From IMG/VR virus record IMGVR_UViG_3300023184_000025, positions 186,001 through 250,000 of that record: a stretch of 64,000 nt of DNA; one strand, 5' to 3'. Positions 1 through 9,583 of this stretch are shown here, one piece after another. The notes below the pieces were generated by a model. It did no database searches, was not told the origin of the DNA, and saw only the letters and a program-made list of their open reading frames with translations. Position numbers and translations under genes: made by a program. Numbering within the stretch: the first letter of the stretch is position 1; the number at the start of each line of letters is the position of its first letter.

Positions 1-600
1 ATTGGTAGTTATAGTGGTATTTGCAATTAATATATTGCCAATTGTGGTATTTCCTGGTAGATTTGTAGTTCCAAGTAATCCTGAATATTGATAACCCGCT
101 ACATAAACCACATTTCCTGCTGTGAGTACTGTGGGAATAGTTTCGCCTATGAAGTTTAACACTCCGGATTGTGTATCAAGGTAATATTCACCCACACCAC
201 CAATACCAGCAGAAAATATCTGTGTACCAGTTGATTCAATATTGGCAGCGGCGCTGGGTCCAACAAATACTTTTGGCAGCCAGGTAGCGCCAAATTCTTG
301 TGGAATCCAGTACGTTTTGTTGGTTAACCAAGTGGGTCTGATGGCACCAATAGGCGGGACTGTGGTATCTGGAGTACATTCAATTGCTCCGCTATTTCTA
401 TAGGCAGTGGTAATTCCGGCAATTGCCTGGGCAGTATTTCCAATTTGATCAGACTGCACCCATACAATATCGCCACGCAACAAAGGTGGACTAGCAATAC
501 TTTCGTTTGACGCACTCTTGGTTGCGGAGTTGGCAGTTTTTGCAACGCCTTGCAGTTTCTTAAAGAGTAAGTCAACGTATTGTGCAATTGAGACTGCCAT
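1..600 (-). CDS. Putative virion structural protein, partial (runs off the window start; absent from the ORF track)
   Basis: ATG at 600 overlaps the TAA of the upstream gene (TAATG); reads MAVSIAQYVDLLFKKLQGVAKTANSATKSASNESIASPPLLRGDIVW... and stays open to the window edge. Confidence 0.8.
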   Translation of the reverse strand, partial: MAVSIAQYVDLLFKKLQGVAKTANSATKSASNESIASPPLLRGDIVWVQSDQIGNTAQAIAGITTAYRNSGAIECTPDTTVPPIGAIRPTWLTNKTYWIPQEFGATWLPKVFVGPSAAANIESTGTQIFSAGIGGVGEYYLDTQSGVLNFIGETIPTVLTAGNVVYVAGYQYSGLLGTTNLPGNTTIGNILIANTTITTN

Positions 601-2666
601 TAATTACTCGCCGCGTTAAGTGATAGGCCAGTTACTGACTGTCCAGATGCAAGAGCAATTCTCACATAGATTTCGTTTGTTGCTGTGCTTGAACTTGATA
701 CTGTTCCAAACGTGCAAGTCTTGTTTGTGCTTGCGGTGTTTACGTTGGGAACAACCACGCCTCCAAGGGCACAGCCGTTTGATCCGTTACCTGGACTATT
801 AACACCAGGGTAGCCAGCACCAGCATAAGCAGTGGTCATACTAATCCATCCGTTGGCACTAGAACTTGAATCAATAACCGATCCTGGTAGTGCTACCCAC
901 ATACCAGCAACATTACCAGCATAGGTAATATCAAATTTTGATACGTTGGTACGCACAAATTTAATTGTAAAGTATTGTGTGCCTGTGCGTCCAGCACTTA
1001 GATTAGGACCTGCAGGCAGGTATCCTGTTGAATAATTGGTTTGATCGTGCTTGAGAACACCGGCTGATCCTGATCCAACTACCGTGGCATCATATGTTTG
1101 TAAAGTACTTGATTGGCTGTTAAATGCTGCCTCACTGCCGGTGTATGTTGGATTATTCACTGATCCAGGATTGATAATTCTATATGCATTACCTGATCCG
1201 GTGCCAACACTGGTAACAATGACATTTCCTTCGTCAATGGCAGTGGCAGAGCCTGACTTGTACAGAACTATATTGCCCAGCGCCGAAGTCAAAGTCAGTG
1301 TGCCCGAGCTGTAGCTGTTGTTAACTGTAATACTTGGGCCAGTTGAACTGGCACCAAACCCAGTGGTCACTGTGGCAGTGGTTGAGAATGAAGCTGATGC
1401 AAATGAGTTTAGAACATTGCTGCCAATGTTGCTGGCATTGTAGTTGACTGATGCAGGTGCCGCAAAAGCGCCGCCTGATGATCCTGTGGCCAACACATTT
1501 GATGTTGGATAAGTGTTGCCACTGACATTGGCCACATTTGCAGAAATTGCAAATTGATTTGCATTGGTAAAGTGAGGAATAGTACTACTGTACAACAAAG
1601 TAGTTGACCCCGGAGGAGTCATTGTGGCTACACTAAAACTTGGGGTTGCAGGACTTGAGTTGTCATAGTACCAGCTGGGGGTGTTTGTGTTTCCTGTAGC
1701 AGAGTCTGCTATGTATATTTCGTTCCAGCCTGCTGGAGCAACTGTGCCTGAAATTGCTGACGAGAACACATACCAAAATCCAGCCGCAATGTTGGCATTG
1801 GCAGAATTATAATCAAAGTTGTTGGTAATAACCAAGTTGCCGCCGTAGGTGCCGTTGGCAGTTGGGCTGGCTCCTGCGTTCAGTGTCACTGTGCCCACAT
1901 TTGCACCGTTACGAACAGCAGTGATTATGCCAGTGTCGCCTGGCCCAACTGTGCTGATAGTGTTGGTAGCATATGTGGCAGCTCTACGCACTGATGTCAC
2001 TGTTGCACCAGCGGCTACAGATTTATTGGCGCCTGGCGTATTGTCCACCTGAGTGATGTTGGCCATGCGATATGTGGACAAGCTTGATATTGAAAGTGTC
2101 TGGCTGCCAGGAAAATTACTTGGAGATGCTGGTACTAGTTTGCCTAGTACTGTGTTGAGTTGTGCAATGCCGTCGGTCACTGTTGTGGTTGTAGTCATTG
2201 TCACTGCATTACTGGTCAGATTACCAAGACTAGGTGTGCCCAAATCAATGGTATTGCCTATCACACCTGTTAAGTTTCCTGGGTCACTCCAAAAAACATT
2301 TCCTGTACCGTCGGTTGTAAACAAATAATTTGCGGCACCACCAGTAATTTTTATATTGGCATTGGACCCTAAAGTTAATAATCCTGATTGGGCCGAGATG
2401 GCATTTGCTGATAAAGTCACACCGTTTCCGGTGATATTACCAGTACCGGTGATAATACCGTTGCCAAAATTTAAATTGCCAACACTGATATTGCCAGCTA
2501 TGTCAGTATTACCAACAACATTCAATGTGGCAGTTGGTGCATTGGTGTTGATGCCCAGGCGAGTGTTGGTAATGTCAAAAAATACCAAGTTCCCCTGTAC
2601 AGAAAGATTTGAGCCTCTCTGTAGGTTGTCTTGAAGTATATTACCAGAAATCTTATTGATAGACAT
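600..2666 (-). CDS. Putative tail fibre / virion structural protein (G/N/S/T-rich, 688 aa)
   Basis: RLGINTNAPTATLNVVGN fibre-type repeat; beta-rich low-charge composition; lies in a structural operon. Confidence 0.7.
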   Translation of the reverse strand: MSINKISGNILQDNLQRGSNLSVQGNLVFFDITNTRLGINTNAPTATLNVVGNTDIAGNISVGNLNFGNGIITGTGNITGNGVTLSANAISAQSGLLTLGSNANIKITGGAANYLFTTDGTGNVFWSDPGNLTGVIGNTIDLGTPSLGNLTSNAVTMTTTTTVTDGIAQLNTVLGKLVPASPSNFPGSQTLSISSLSTYRMANITQVDNTPGANKSVAAGATVTSVRRAATYATNTISTVGPGDTGIITAVRNGANVGTVTLNAGASPTANGTYGGNLVITNNFDYNSANANIAAGFWYVFSSAISGTVAPAGWNEIYIADSATGNTNTPSWYYDNSSPATPSFSVATMTPPGSTTLLYSSTIPHFTNANQFAISANVANVSGNTYPTSNVLATGSSGGAFAAPASVNYNASNIGSNVLNSFASASFSTTATVTTGFGASSTGPSITVNNSYSSGTLTLTSALGNIVLYKSGSATAIDEGNVIVTSVGTGSGNAYRIINPGSVNNPTYTGSEAAFNSQSSTLQTYDATVVGSGSAGVLKHDQTNYSTGYLPAGPNLSAGRTGTQYFTIKFVRTNVSKFDITYAGNVAGMWVALPGSVIDSSSSANGWISMTTAYAGAGYPGVNSPGNGSNGCALGGVVVPNVNTASTNKTCTFGTVSSSSTATNEIYVRIALASGQSVTGLSLNAASN

Positions 2667-2667
2667 A

Positions 2668-3069
2668 TTATATTGTAGTACTGTGAATTACAGAAATTGG
2701 TTCACCGTCTGGAGGAGGTGACGTGAACATAATATCATATCCACCATTTACTGTGTATGCACTGGTAGAATCTTGATAAATGCTGCCAACAAAAACAATA
2801 ATCTGCGAAGCTGAGCTTTCTTCAATGCTCATGGTAAAGATTGAAGTTGTTCCGTCGCCAACAAAAGAATCTACCACGTAGTCAACTTCTCCAGGAGCTG
2901 TTAAATTAATAAACTGTGTTCCGTTAAAAAATTCAATTGAGGCCAGGTCGGTATTGTATCTAATCAATCCAAATACCGGAGTTAGAGGTCTATTAATAGT
3001 ACTACCTGTTGGTAATACAACACCTGAACTACCTGACTGTAGTTGACGATTTTTAACAAATGTTCCCAT
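2668..3069 (-). CDS. Small virion structural protein
   Basis: LPTGSTINRP...GLIRYNTD motif, plus a GDGTTSIFT...IMFTSPPPDG module that recurs in the 4760-aa protein. Confidence 0.65.
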   Translation of the reverse strand: MGTFVKNRQLQSGSSGVVLPTGSTINRPLTPVFGLIRYNTDLASIEFFNGTQFINLTAPGEVDYVVDSFVGDGTTSIFTMSIEESSASQIIVFVGSIYQDSTSAYTVNGGYDIMFTSPPPDGEPISVIHSTTI

Positions 3070-3383
3070 TAAATTGTTGTGTAACTTACTACAATGTTTA
3101 ACGTTGTGTTAAGATTGGCAACAGCCTGAACAGTATCGCCTGTGTTTAACAGCAGTTTTTCACCGCCGGTATACAACTGGTAAGTGTCTCTGGCTGTGAT
3201 TTCTAAATTTGTTAAAATTTGATTTTGTGTATTGGCTGTGCCGCCTGACGGAACAACGTGTACATTGGCCAGTGCATTGCCAGACGTATAGTTGTTGATA
3301 GTTAACCAGGTGATAGCAGTATTTCCTGAGCTGGCATACACATTGCCAACTGTGTTTCCAACTAGTGATGTTGAGATTGTCAT
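3069..3383 (-). CDS. Small beta-rich virion protein
   Basis: 104-aa ORF with AAGGA RBS, coupled to the next gene; EKLLLNTGDTVQA motif typical of phage fibre-associated proteins. Confidence 0.6.
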   Translation of the reverse strand: MTISTSLVGNTVGNVYASSGNTAITWLTINNYTSGNALANVHVVPSGGTANTQNQILTNLEITARDTYQLYTGGEKLLLNTGDTVQAVANLNTTLNIVVSYTTI

Positions 3384-3392
3384 TTTGATTCC

Positions 3393-4004
3393 TTAAAATA
3401 TAATAGCATATACAATGGCTTTGCCTTTGCTGACTAGTTCGTCATCAACAGTTGAGCTTTTGACATACAACCCAGTACCGCCGCCACCTTCGGCTTTGTT
3501 ATAAACAGCTACTGAATTGGCCACCGATGATGGGCTTGTGCCAATATTGCCATAAATTTGATGTCCTTGAATTGTCAACTTTGATGTTGCATAATCATAG
3601 GTAAGTTTTACATTGGCACCAAAATTATTATTGTCATTGAACTGTATCTGAGTGTTTGAACCAGCTGCCGTGCTTACAACATTACCTGTGGCAATGTTGG
3701 TCCAGGTAGTGTTATCTGGAGATGTCTGCCAGGTTCCAGAAGTAGTGTTCCAGCGTAGGCCAGCGTAGGTGTTTGATGTTTTTTGGGCAATGATACCAAT
3801 ATTGGAATATGCTCCACTGTTGTTGGCCGCTAGTGTAATGAATGGATCTGTAATGTCAAGTTCAGTGGTATCAATGTAGGTAATATTACCCACAACATCA
3901 AGGTTACCTTGTATTTTAACTGTGTTAGTTTGAATATGTACATTGTCATCTGAGTTTACAGTAACAATGTAATAATCACCATCTGAGCGTTTGTAAGTAG
4001 ACAT
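3393..4004 (-). CDS. Putative fibre/virion protein
   Basis: IQGNLDVVGNITYIDTTELDITDPFITL and AAGSNTQIQFND fibre-type motifs; TAAATA box at 4022-4027. Confidence 0.65.
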   Translation of the reverse strand: MSTYKRSDGDYYIVTVNSDDNVHIQTNTVKIQGNLDVVGNITYIDTTELDITDPFITLAANNSGAYSNIGIIAQKTSNTYAGLRWNTTSGTWQTSPDNTTWTNIATGNVVSTAAGSNTQIQFNDNNNFGANVKLTYDYATSKLTIQGHQIYGNIGTSPSSVANSVAVYNKAEGGGGTGLYVKSSTVDDELVSKGKAIVYAIIF

Positions 4005-4589
4005 TTAGAGATCCTTTGGATTATTTATTCGGGTTACAAAGTCTGTAAACGGTAGATGAGTCAGGTTTGGCAAGTTATCAAACTCCTTGATCGGCGAAGT
4101 TGTATCTCCTTGAACTCTGTAAAAGGTTACATTTTTATACTCTCTCATTATGGATGCCATTTGCTTGGCCCAATTGCCTGTAAACGTTGGATACCCGTCA
4201 GATTTCTTATAAAACTCAGTGTTAGCATACAGGTTATTAAACTTGCCTGCTTCAGACGGACCCATGTCAAATCCCAGCAAATATATTGGATTATTAAAAT
4301 CTTCTGCCGCTATGGACATGGCAATGGGCCCTGAGCTAAATCCGTAATATTTTTTCTGAATTTGAATTGCACCAAGGCTGGGAATTGGTTTACGTGTATA
4401 AAATCTATGTTTGGCACTATAACCCGATTCTTGTATTAGCTGACTGATTGGTGTGTCTGTAGCAACCAAAACTGTGGGTGTATCTGTGCGATACAATGCA
4501 TTGCATCCGTAGACAGGACCCAGCGTTGTTAGATACTTTACATCAATCGGGCGTCTACTTACACCATTGCCTAAAACAAATGCGGCCAT
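4005..4589 (-). CDS. MptE/Maf/Cst-like (sialyltransferase-fold) protein
   Basis: N-terminal FVLGNGVSR, YGCNALYR and IYLLGFD motifs of this Rossmann-like family. Confidence 0.55.
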   Translation of the reverse strand: MAAFVLGNGVSRRPIDVKYLTTLGPVYGCNALYRTDTPTVLVATDTPISQLIQESGYSAKHRFYTRKPIPSLGAIQIQKKYYGFSSGPIAMSIAAEDFNNPIYLLGFDMGPSEAGKFNNLYANTEFYKKSDGYPTFTGNWAKQMASIMREYKNVTFYRVQGDTTSPIKEFDNLPNLTHLPFTDFVTRINNPKDL

Positions 4590-4625
4590 AAAAAAATCCT
4601 CCTAACTATGTAGCTGGGAGGATTC
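4590..4625 (-). terminator. Hairpin plus U-tract that also contains the RBS of the 4005-4589 gene
   Basis: Minus strand AATCCTCCCAGCTACATAGTTAGGAGGATT followed by a T run and then ATG. Confidence 0.6.
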
Positions 4626-4640
4626 TGAACGGTTAACAAA

Positions 4641-5303
4641 TTAAGGTGTGTAATTCTCAACAACACCAAGCGGAAGAGTTACGCCAATTGTACCAGACTT
4701 GATCTGACTGCCTTCGTCGGTGAAGAAGTTAACTGCATATCGATTATCACTGTAATCCAATGCAAACTTGTTTGTTAATTTTGCAATGGTTACTGACGTG
4801 CTATCTCCGTATTCTAGAGCAATGCTCATAAAACCAGAGGCTGGAGTTGCATCATCAACCAACACACAAATACCAACAAGGTATACAACACCAGTAGTTC
4901 CTAGGCCGGCGCCACTCACTGTGGCTGTAAAAACATCGCCACTTTGTGCATTTGCTGGACCACCAAGAGCTCGCCAATTGGTGTTACCAGCTGAGTTGAT
5001 GTAGTAAGTGTTACCAGCAACAATATCTTCATCTTGAATTGCTGTAGGAGCAGCCACCATGTACTTTGTGTTGCCCTTTTGACGAATAATAAATGCGCTA
5101 CGATATTGGCTGTCACCAGGGATATAAGCTGTACATTTAACAACAGGGTATGCTGCCGACGATACATCACTTGAACCGCCAACAACACCCAAGAACTGGT
5201 CACTGTTAAAAGTAGATGAGTACACAGGATCAGTCAACGCTGACCACATGTTAAAACCAATATCTTTGGTTGTTGATTTTTTAGTTTTTAGAGGACGACC
5301 CAT
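4641..5303 (-). CDS. Putative virion structural protein (MGRPL-start type)
   Basis: 220-aa ORF, strong AAGGAG RBS, late box at 5400-5405, IIRQKG motif. Confidence 0.6.
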   Translation of the reverse strand: MGRPLKTKKSTTKDIGFNMWSALTDPVYSSTFNSDQFLGVVGGSSDVSSAAYPVVKCTAYIPGDSQYRSAFIIRQKGNTKYMVAAPTAIQDEDIVAGNTYYINSAGNTNWRALGGPANAQSGDVFTATVSGAGLGTTGVVYLVGICVLVDDATPASGFMSIALEYGDSTSVTIAKLTNKFALDYSDNRYAVNFFTDEGSQIKSGTIGVTLPLGVVENYTP

Positions 5304-5399
5304 TTTGTTTTCTCCTTAAAGAAGTCCGATGCGGGTTCTAGCCGCTACGCTGTTGGGTATTAATCATCAGCATAAAACGCAGAATTGCGTTGTGTCTAA
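5304..5399 (-). promoter_or_regulatory. Structured 5' leader downstream of a late TAAATA box
   Basis: Minus-strand stems AACGCA/TGCGTT, TATGCTG/CAGCGTA, GCGG/CCGC and CTTCT/AGGAG (the last covers the RBS). Confidence 0.5.
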
Positions 5400-5407
5400 T
5401 ATTTATG

Positions 5408-6070
5408 TTAAACTTCTATTTCCCAACTCATGCTATATGTGTACACAAATATAGGTTGAGCAATTGCATTAGATTGATATTCTCTATTGGAATTATTGCT
5501 GGTTGTGCTGTGTTCGCATCTGCAGGAAAATTCGCGAGTGGTAAATGTGTCTTGGGCACCGCCGGTGACATTGGCTCCTTGAATTACATAAGTTGCATCT
5601 GGGGAGTTATAGTTCAACAAGTACGGATCCATATCCCTGTCTCCGAGATCGGTAGTGGTTAAGCCTTTATAAAAAACTCCTATTGAGTTCCATGAGTTGC
5701 TGTTTGGTTGACGATTGACTTGCCAGTGTCCTGTTACTAGAATTCTACATTGGCTGGCTGGATATGTTTGGCTGGTGTCTGGATTGGTGTATGACTGTAG
5801 AGAATTACCAATTACTGCTATAGGCCAGTTTATTCCTTTAACATGTAATATCCCTGAAGATTCAGGTTTGATCTTTTGTGCTGGTTGACCGTAGCTGAAT
5901 TCTCCCACAGCTTTATCGGGCCAACTAAGGCTAACACCAAAAGTTGCTCCGTCGTTGTATCCTTGTTCACTGAAACGCCAGCGAGCTTGATTTTCAATTG
6001 CAAGACCGTTTGATGCTGTTAGTTGGGCAGTACCTGAGTATCCCGGGGGTGTATAAAATATTTTGGCCAC
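5408..6070 (-). CDS. Hypothetical protein, probably late/virion
   Basis: 220-aa ORF, GTG start 5 nt after the TAAATA box at 6076-6081. Confidence 0.6.
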   Translation of the reverse strand: MAKIFYTPPGYSGTAQLTASNGLAIENQARWRFSEQGYNDGATFGVSLSWPDKAVGEFSYGQPAQKIKPESSGILHVKGINWPIAVIGNSLQSYTNPDTSQTYPASQCRILVTGHWQVNRQPNSNSWNSIGVFYKGLTTTDLGDRDMDPYLLNYNSPDATYVIQGANVTGGAQDTFTTREFSCRCEHSTTSNNSNREYQSNAIAQPIFVYTYSMSWEIEV

Positions 6071-6091
6071 AACACTATTTAACCAAAATTA

Positions 6092-6120
6092 TTGACAATA
6101 TTGCCTAAATAGTTTACACT
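6092..6120 (+). promoter_or_regulatory. Host sigma70-type (early) promoter
   Basis: TTGACA (6092-6097), 17-nt spacer, TACACT (6115-6120), upstream of ATG 6138. Confidence 0.7.
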
Positions 6121-6137
6121 AAACAAAAGGATTTTAA

Positions 6138-6788
6138 ATGCAAGACCTTGCAAGAATACTTGCACAAAATATACGTACTGGTTCAGGAAATCATGGCCTT
6201 ACTGAAGAACAATTATATCAAGTTTTTACTCACTGTGATAACGTAAATCAACTGGCCTACAGTTTGTTTAAGTGTGCTGAGATCAGCGGCAAGTCTGCAT
6301 TTACTGCACAGGTAACTGCAACATCAAAGCCCTGCCTAACAGAATTTACAACCTGGCATCAAATTGACGAATCCTGGAGTGAGTCTTGGGGGTTTGACAA
6401 ATCTCATCCGGGCTGTTACATATACGGAATTTTTGAAAATGGTGCGCCGGTTGGTTCAGCTGATCTACTAGATCCAGCAGTGATTTATATTGGAGAAAGC
6501 AGAGCTACCAGCAGAAACAGCATGCTCGGTAGGCGTACAGACTTTAAAGGAACAGTAAGAAATCCAAGACTCAGTCCATATGGTTGTGGTACGGTGTTTA
6601 AAGAAAAATTTAGTCTAGATAAAATTGATCACGTTTATCAATCTTATCTTCCTATGCATCCCAGCTATTGTAAAGAAATAGAATTAGATTTGTTAGTAGA
6701 ATTTTACAAGAAATACAATGCAATACCTGCTTGTAATCCCAGTCTGGATCTGGTCAAAGTTAAAAAAATTTTAAAGATTGATGTATGA
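6138..6788 (+). CDS. Protein with a GIY-YIG-like nuclease domain
   Basis: PGCYIYG...VIYIGES motif pair, downstream Arg (GRR), Glu (KEIELDL) and C-terminal PACN. Confidence 0.5.
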   Translation: MQDLARILAQNIRTGSGNHGLTEEQLYQVFTHCDNVNQLAYSLFKCAEISGKSAFTAQVTATSKPCLTEFTTWHQIDESWSESWGFDKSHPGCYIYGIFENGAPVGSADLLDPAVIYIGESRATSRNSMLGRRTDFKGTVRNPRLSPYGCGTVFKEKFSLDKIDHVYQSYLPMHPSYCKEIELDLLVEFYKKYNAIPACNPSLDLVKVKKILKIDV

Positions 6789-7117
6789 ACAAAAATATTA
6801 AAGCAGGCAGTGATATTCACGCAGGTGACGGTGACTATTCAGAAGGCACACAAGAAGAATATGAGAATTTTGTAAAGATACGCAATCAATCATTGCTCAA
6901 GACAAGACTTCAAAAATTTGAAAAAGACAGTGGACTTGACATATACAGTATTGGAGCAAAAAGAGACATGTGGGATTCTAGACTTGAAAAGTTTGCTCAG
7001 TTGATTGCACAGGATTGTGCTGGCGTTTGTGACCTATATGCCATGCCCGACGGCACCAGTGAAACAGCAGTAATTTTATCTCTTGCAATAAAACACAGAT
7101 ATAGTGCCAAAGGGTGA
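6785..7117 (+). CDS. Hypothetical phage protein
   Basis: 110 aa, ATGA overlap with the upstream gene; LEKFAQLIAQDCA motif common in phage early proteins. Confidence 0.6.
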   Translation: MNKNIKAGSDIHAGDGDYSEGTQEEYENFVKIRNQSLLKTRLQKFEKDSGLDIYSIGAKRDMWDSRLEKFAQLIAQDCAGVCDLYAMPDGTSETAVILSLAIKHRYSAKG

Positions 7118-7190
7118 TAGGTCGTTAAATTTAATTATTGTCTAGGCCTCTACTGTTTGACCAACAATATGTGCTAGAATTTTTAGTAGT

Positions 7191-7220
7191 AAAGAAAAAG
7201 GGCCTTTCGGCCCTTTTCCT
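7191..7220 (-). terminator. Rho-independent terminator after the major capsid gene (possibly bidirectional)
   Basis: Minus strand AAAAGGGCC-GAAA-GGCCCTTTT followed by TCTTT; lies between convergent genes. Confidence 0.85.
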
Positions 7221-7247
7221 TCTTCCCATCCCTGGGTAGTTCTCTGA

Positions 7248-8465
7248 TTAGGAGAATGATAGGTTTGATACAGCAATCTCGCCAACATAGTCACCAGCGT
7301 TACCGAAAGAACTTGCTGTGTTAGTAAGTTCAATGTAACCGTAACGTGTCATGAATGACACGACTGGTTCGAATGTTGATGGATCAAGCACAACACCACT
7401 GCTCATCAACGGAATGTATGGGCAGTAGAATGCGGCTGCGTCAGCTTCTGAAGAACCTTTGTAACCAACCAACACAGGTGTTGAGTCAGATGCATAAGAG
7501 TCAACGAACACACGCATTGCGCCGTTCAATGTACCAACAAACTTGGTGTTTGTAGGTGCTTAAAATGTGCCTTCTGTAGTACGAGCAAACGCACTAGTTG
7601 TAGCAGACTGAAGAACAGTCAAACTAGCTGGAGATACAACAGCCCAGTTACCAGCACCACGACGTGTGCGTTGAGCGATCAAGTTAGCAACACGGTTGAT
7701 CAGAACTGCCAATGCGGCATGCTCGTCACCAACGAATGTAGCTGTACCTGATACAGTAGCTTGGTTGTATGTGAACTCAGTAGAAGCCAGTGAGCGCAAG
7801 CTCAATAGGATCTCTTGGTCAATCTCAGCTGTAATTTCTTGTGCAAGAGCTGCCATAATTTCGGCTTCAACATCAATACCGTGCATAGCTTGTGCATCTT
7901 GAGCTGCCTCAAATGTCCAACGAGCTTGCAATTTACGTGTTTTGGCTTCAACGGCTTGTTTCAAGATCTGAACGCTGATCTGACGACCACCGTTGCCTTC
8001 AAGGGTTGATGTTGGAGCACCAGCATAACCTTGAGCGGCTGTTTGTGTTGTTGCGGCGTTATCAGCACCGCGAGCGCCTGCAGAGTATGCAACAGCAATC
8101 TTGAATGGTGATAATGCTTCTTCACCAGCAACTACAGAAGTAGCGGCTGCTGATTGGTCAGTCATTGTAGACGCATAGCGTACACGCAGAGTGTGGATTT
8201 GACCAACTGGTCCTGTCATTGGTTGTACACCAACCAACTCGTTAGCAATAACTGTTGGCATGACACGACGGATAACTGGAAGAATCACACGGTTAAGTGT
8301 GGCAATGTTACCTGCTGATGTTGAACCAGCACTTGCGTTTTCTTTCAGGTACTTACGTGTATTCTCTAGGATCACGTTCATCGAGTTGCGACGATTACCT
8401 TTTAGACCTTCGAGCAGGGCTTCTTTAGTCTCGTCCCAACGACCTTCTAATAATTCTTGTGACAT
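7248..8465 (-). CDS. gp23: Major capsid protein (T4 gp23-like), interrupted by an in-frame TAA at 7560-7562
   Basis: VGVQPMTGPVG, KTRKLQARWTFEAAQD, EITAEIDQEI and C-terminal FYCPYIPL...FMTRYG motifs; ORFs 7560-8465 and 7248-7529 are in one frame: ...TTEGTF*APTNTKFVGTLNG... (405 codons in total). Confidence 0.93.
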
Positions 8466-8484
8466 TTAAGTCTCCTTAATTTTC

Positions 8485-9573
8485 TTAATTCAGTCCTGCT
8501 AAACGCTTGATATCGATAACATTGTTTTTATCTTGTTCAATTGTTCTGACTGTTTTATCACCAGTTACAACACTAACACTCTCACTAATCACCTTTTTAG
8601 CTTTTGGTGTAGAATTAGCTAGTACAGCTGGTAAGTACTTTTCGTAGGCGTTTGTCAAACGGTTAGTTTGGACGCTTTCCAGTAAGTTTTTCATGACTTC
8701 ACGCTTCTCTTCGTTTAGAGGAGAAAGCAATTCCTCCATAGTACCTTGACGTACATTGGATTCTTTGATCATTCGAACTTCACGCTCTTTGGATTCAACT
8801 AAAACTTTAGCATCCTTGGCGATTCTTGTGGCTTCCGCCAGTTGACGTTCTTTTTCTGCGATTACATTGTGCAGTTTACGCATTTCAACTTTCTCATTTA
8901 AATGAGTGTTGCTGAATTCGGCTGCATACGCTTCAAAGATTTTACGTCCAAAGTTATTCTCGCGAGCAACTTTGATATCTTCATTTAACTGTGATAGTTC
9001 AGCTTTTAGATGATGACTAACAGCTTGGCTCATCTTAGCGGCACTTTCTTTTACGAAACGTGACTTTAAGCTTTCCAATTTTGCACGAGCTTCGCGGACC
9101 AACCGAACTTTTGTTTCCACAACGTCCTGTTTATCTTTTGCAAACTCCTGGATCTCTTCTGCAAGAGCCATAACAATGAATTTTTCTAGTTTTTCTAGTC
9201 CTTCATTGTGTGCTTTACGGTCTTTACGTAGTTCGCCAATTTCTTCAGCAAGTTTAGAAACCATAAAGTTGTTGAACTTTGTGGCGCTTTCTTTCATCTT
9301 ACCTTGGAACTTAACGCGATCTTCAGCAAGACTACGCTTTTCAGCGGACACTTGCTCAAGTTCTACTTTGAGACCTTCTGTTACCATGCGATCTAGAGCT
9401 TCTACCATTACAGTCTTATCATGCTCATAGCGTTGTGCAAACTCTTCACGTAGTTCTGCACGTACCATCTCACGTGTCTCATTTAGCTTGGCTTCCCAAG
9501 CTTCAGAGATCTCGCTACGAGTTTCCTCGTTGATCAGGTCGCTATCTAATAACGGTTTAATAGCATCTAGCAT
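8485..9573 (-). CDS. gp22: Prohead core scaffolding protein (gp22-like)
   Basis: Coiled-coil E/K-rich protein between protease and capsid genes; GRKIFEAY motif. Confidence 0.85.
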   Translation of the reverse strand: MLDAIKPLLDSDLINEETRSEISEAWEAKLNETREMVRAELREEFAQRYEHDKTVMVEALDRMVTEGLKVELEQVSAEKRSLAEDRVKFQGKMKESATKFNNFMVSKLAEEIGELRKDRKAHNEGLEKLEKFIVMALAEEIQEFAKDKQDVVETKVRLVREARAKLESLKSRFVKESAAKMSQAVSHHLKAELSQLNEDIKVARENNFGRKIFEAYAAEFSNTHLNEKVEMRKLHNVIAEKERQLAEATRIAKDAKVLVESKEREVRMIKESNVRQGTMEELLSPLNEEKREVMKNLLESVQTNRLTNAYEKYLPAVLANSTPKAKKVISESVSVVTGDKTVRTIEQDKNNVIDIKRLAGLN

Positions 9574-9583
9574 GCGATTCTCC

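Noticed and set aside
5374-5380. Hammerhead ribozyme (CUGAUGA on the minus strand)
   Set aside because: No stem II followed by a properly placed GAAA, and no stem I/III geometry could be built
7248-7529. 93-aa ORF as an independent gene
   Set aside because: It is the in-frame C-terminus of the major capsid protein after the TAA at 7560-7562
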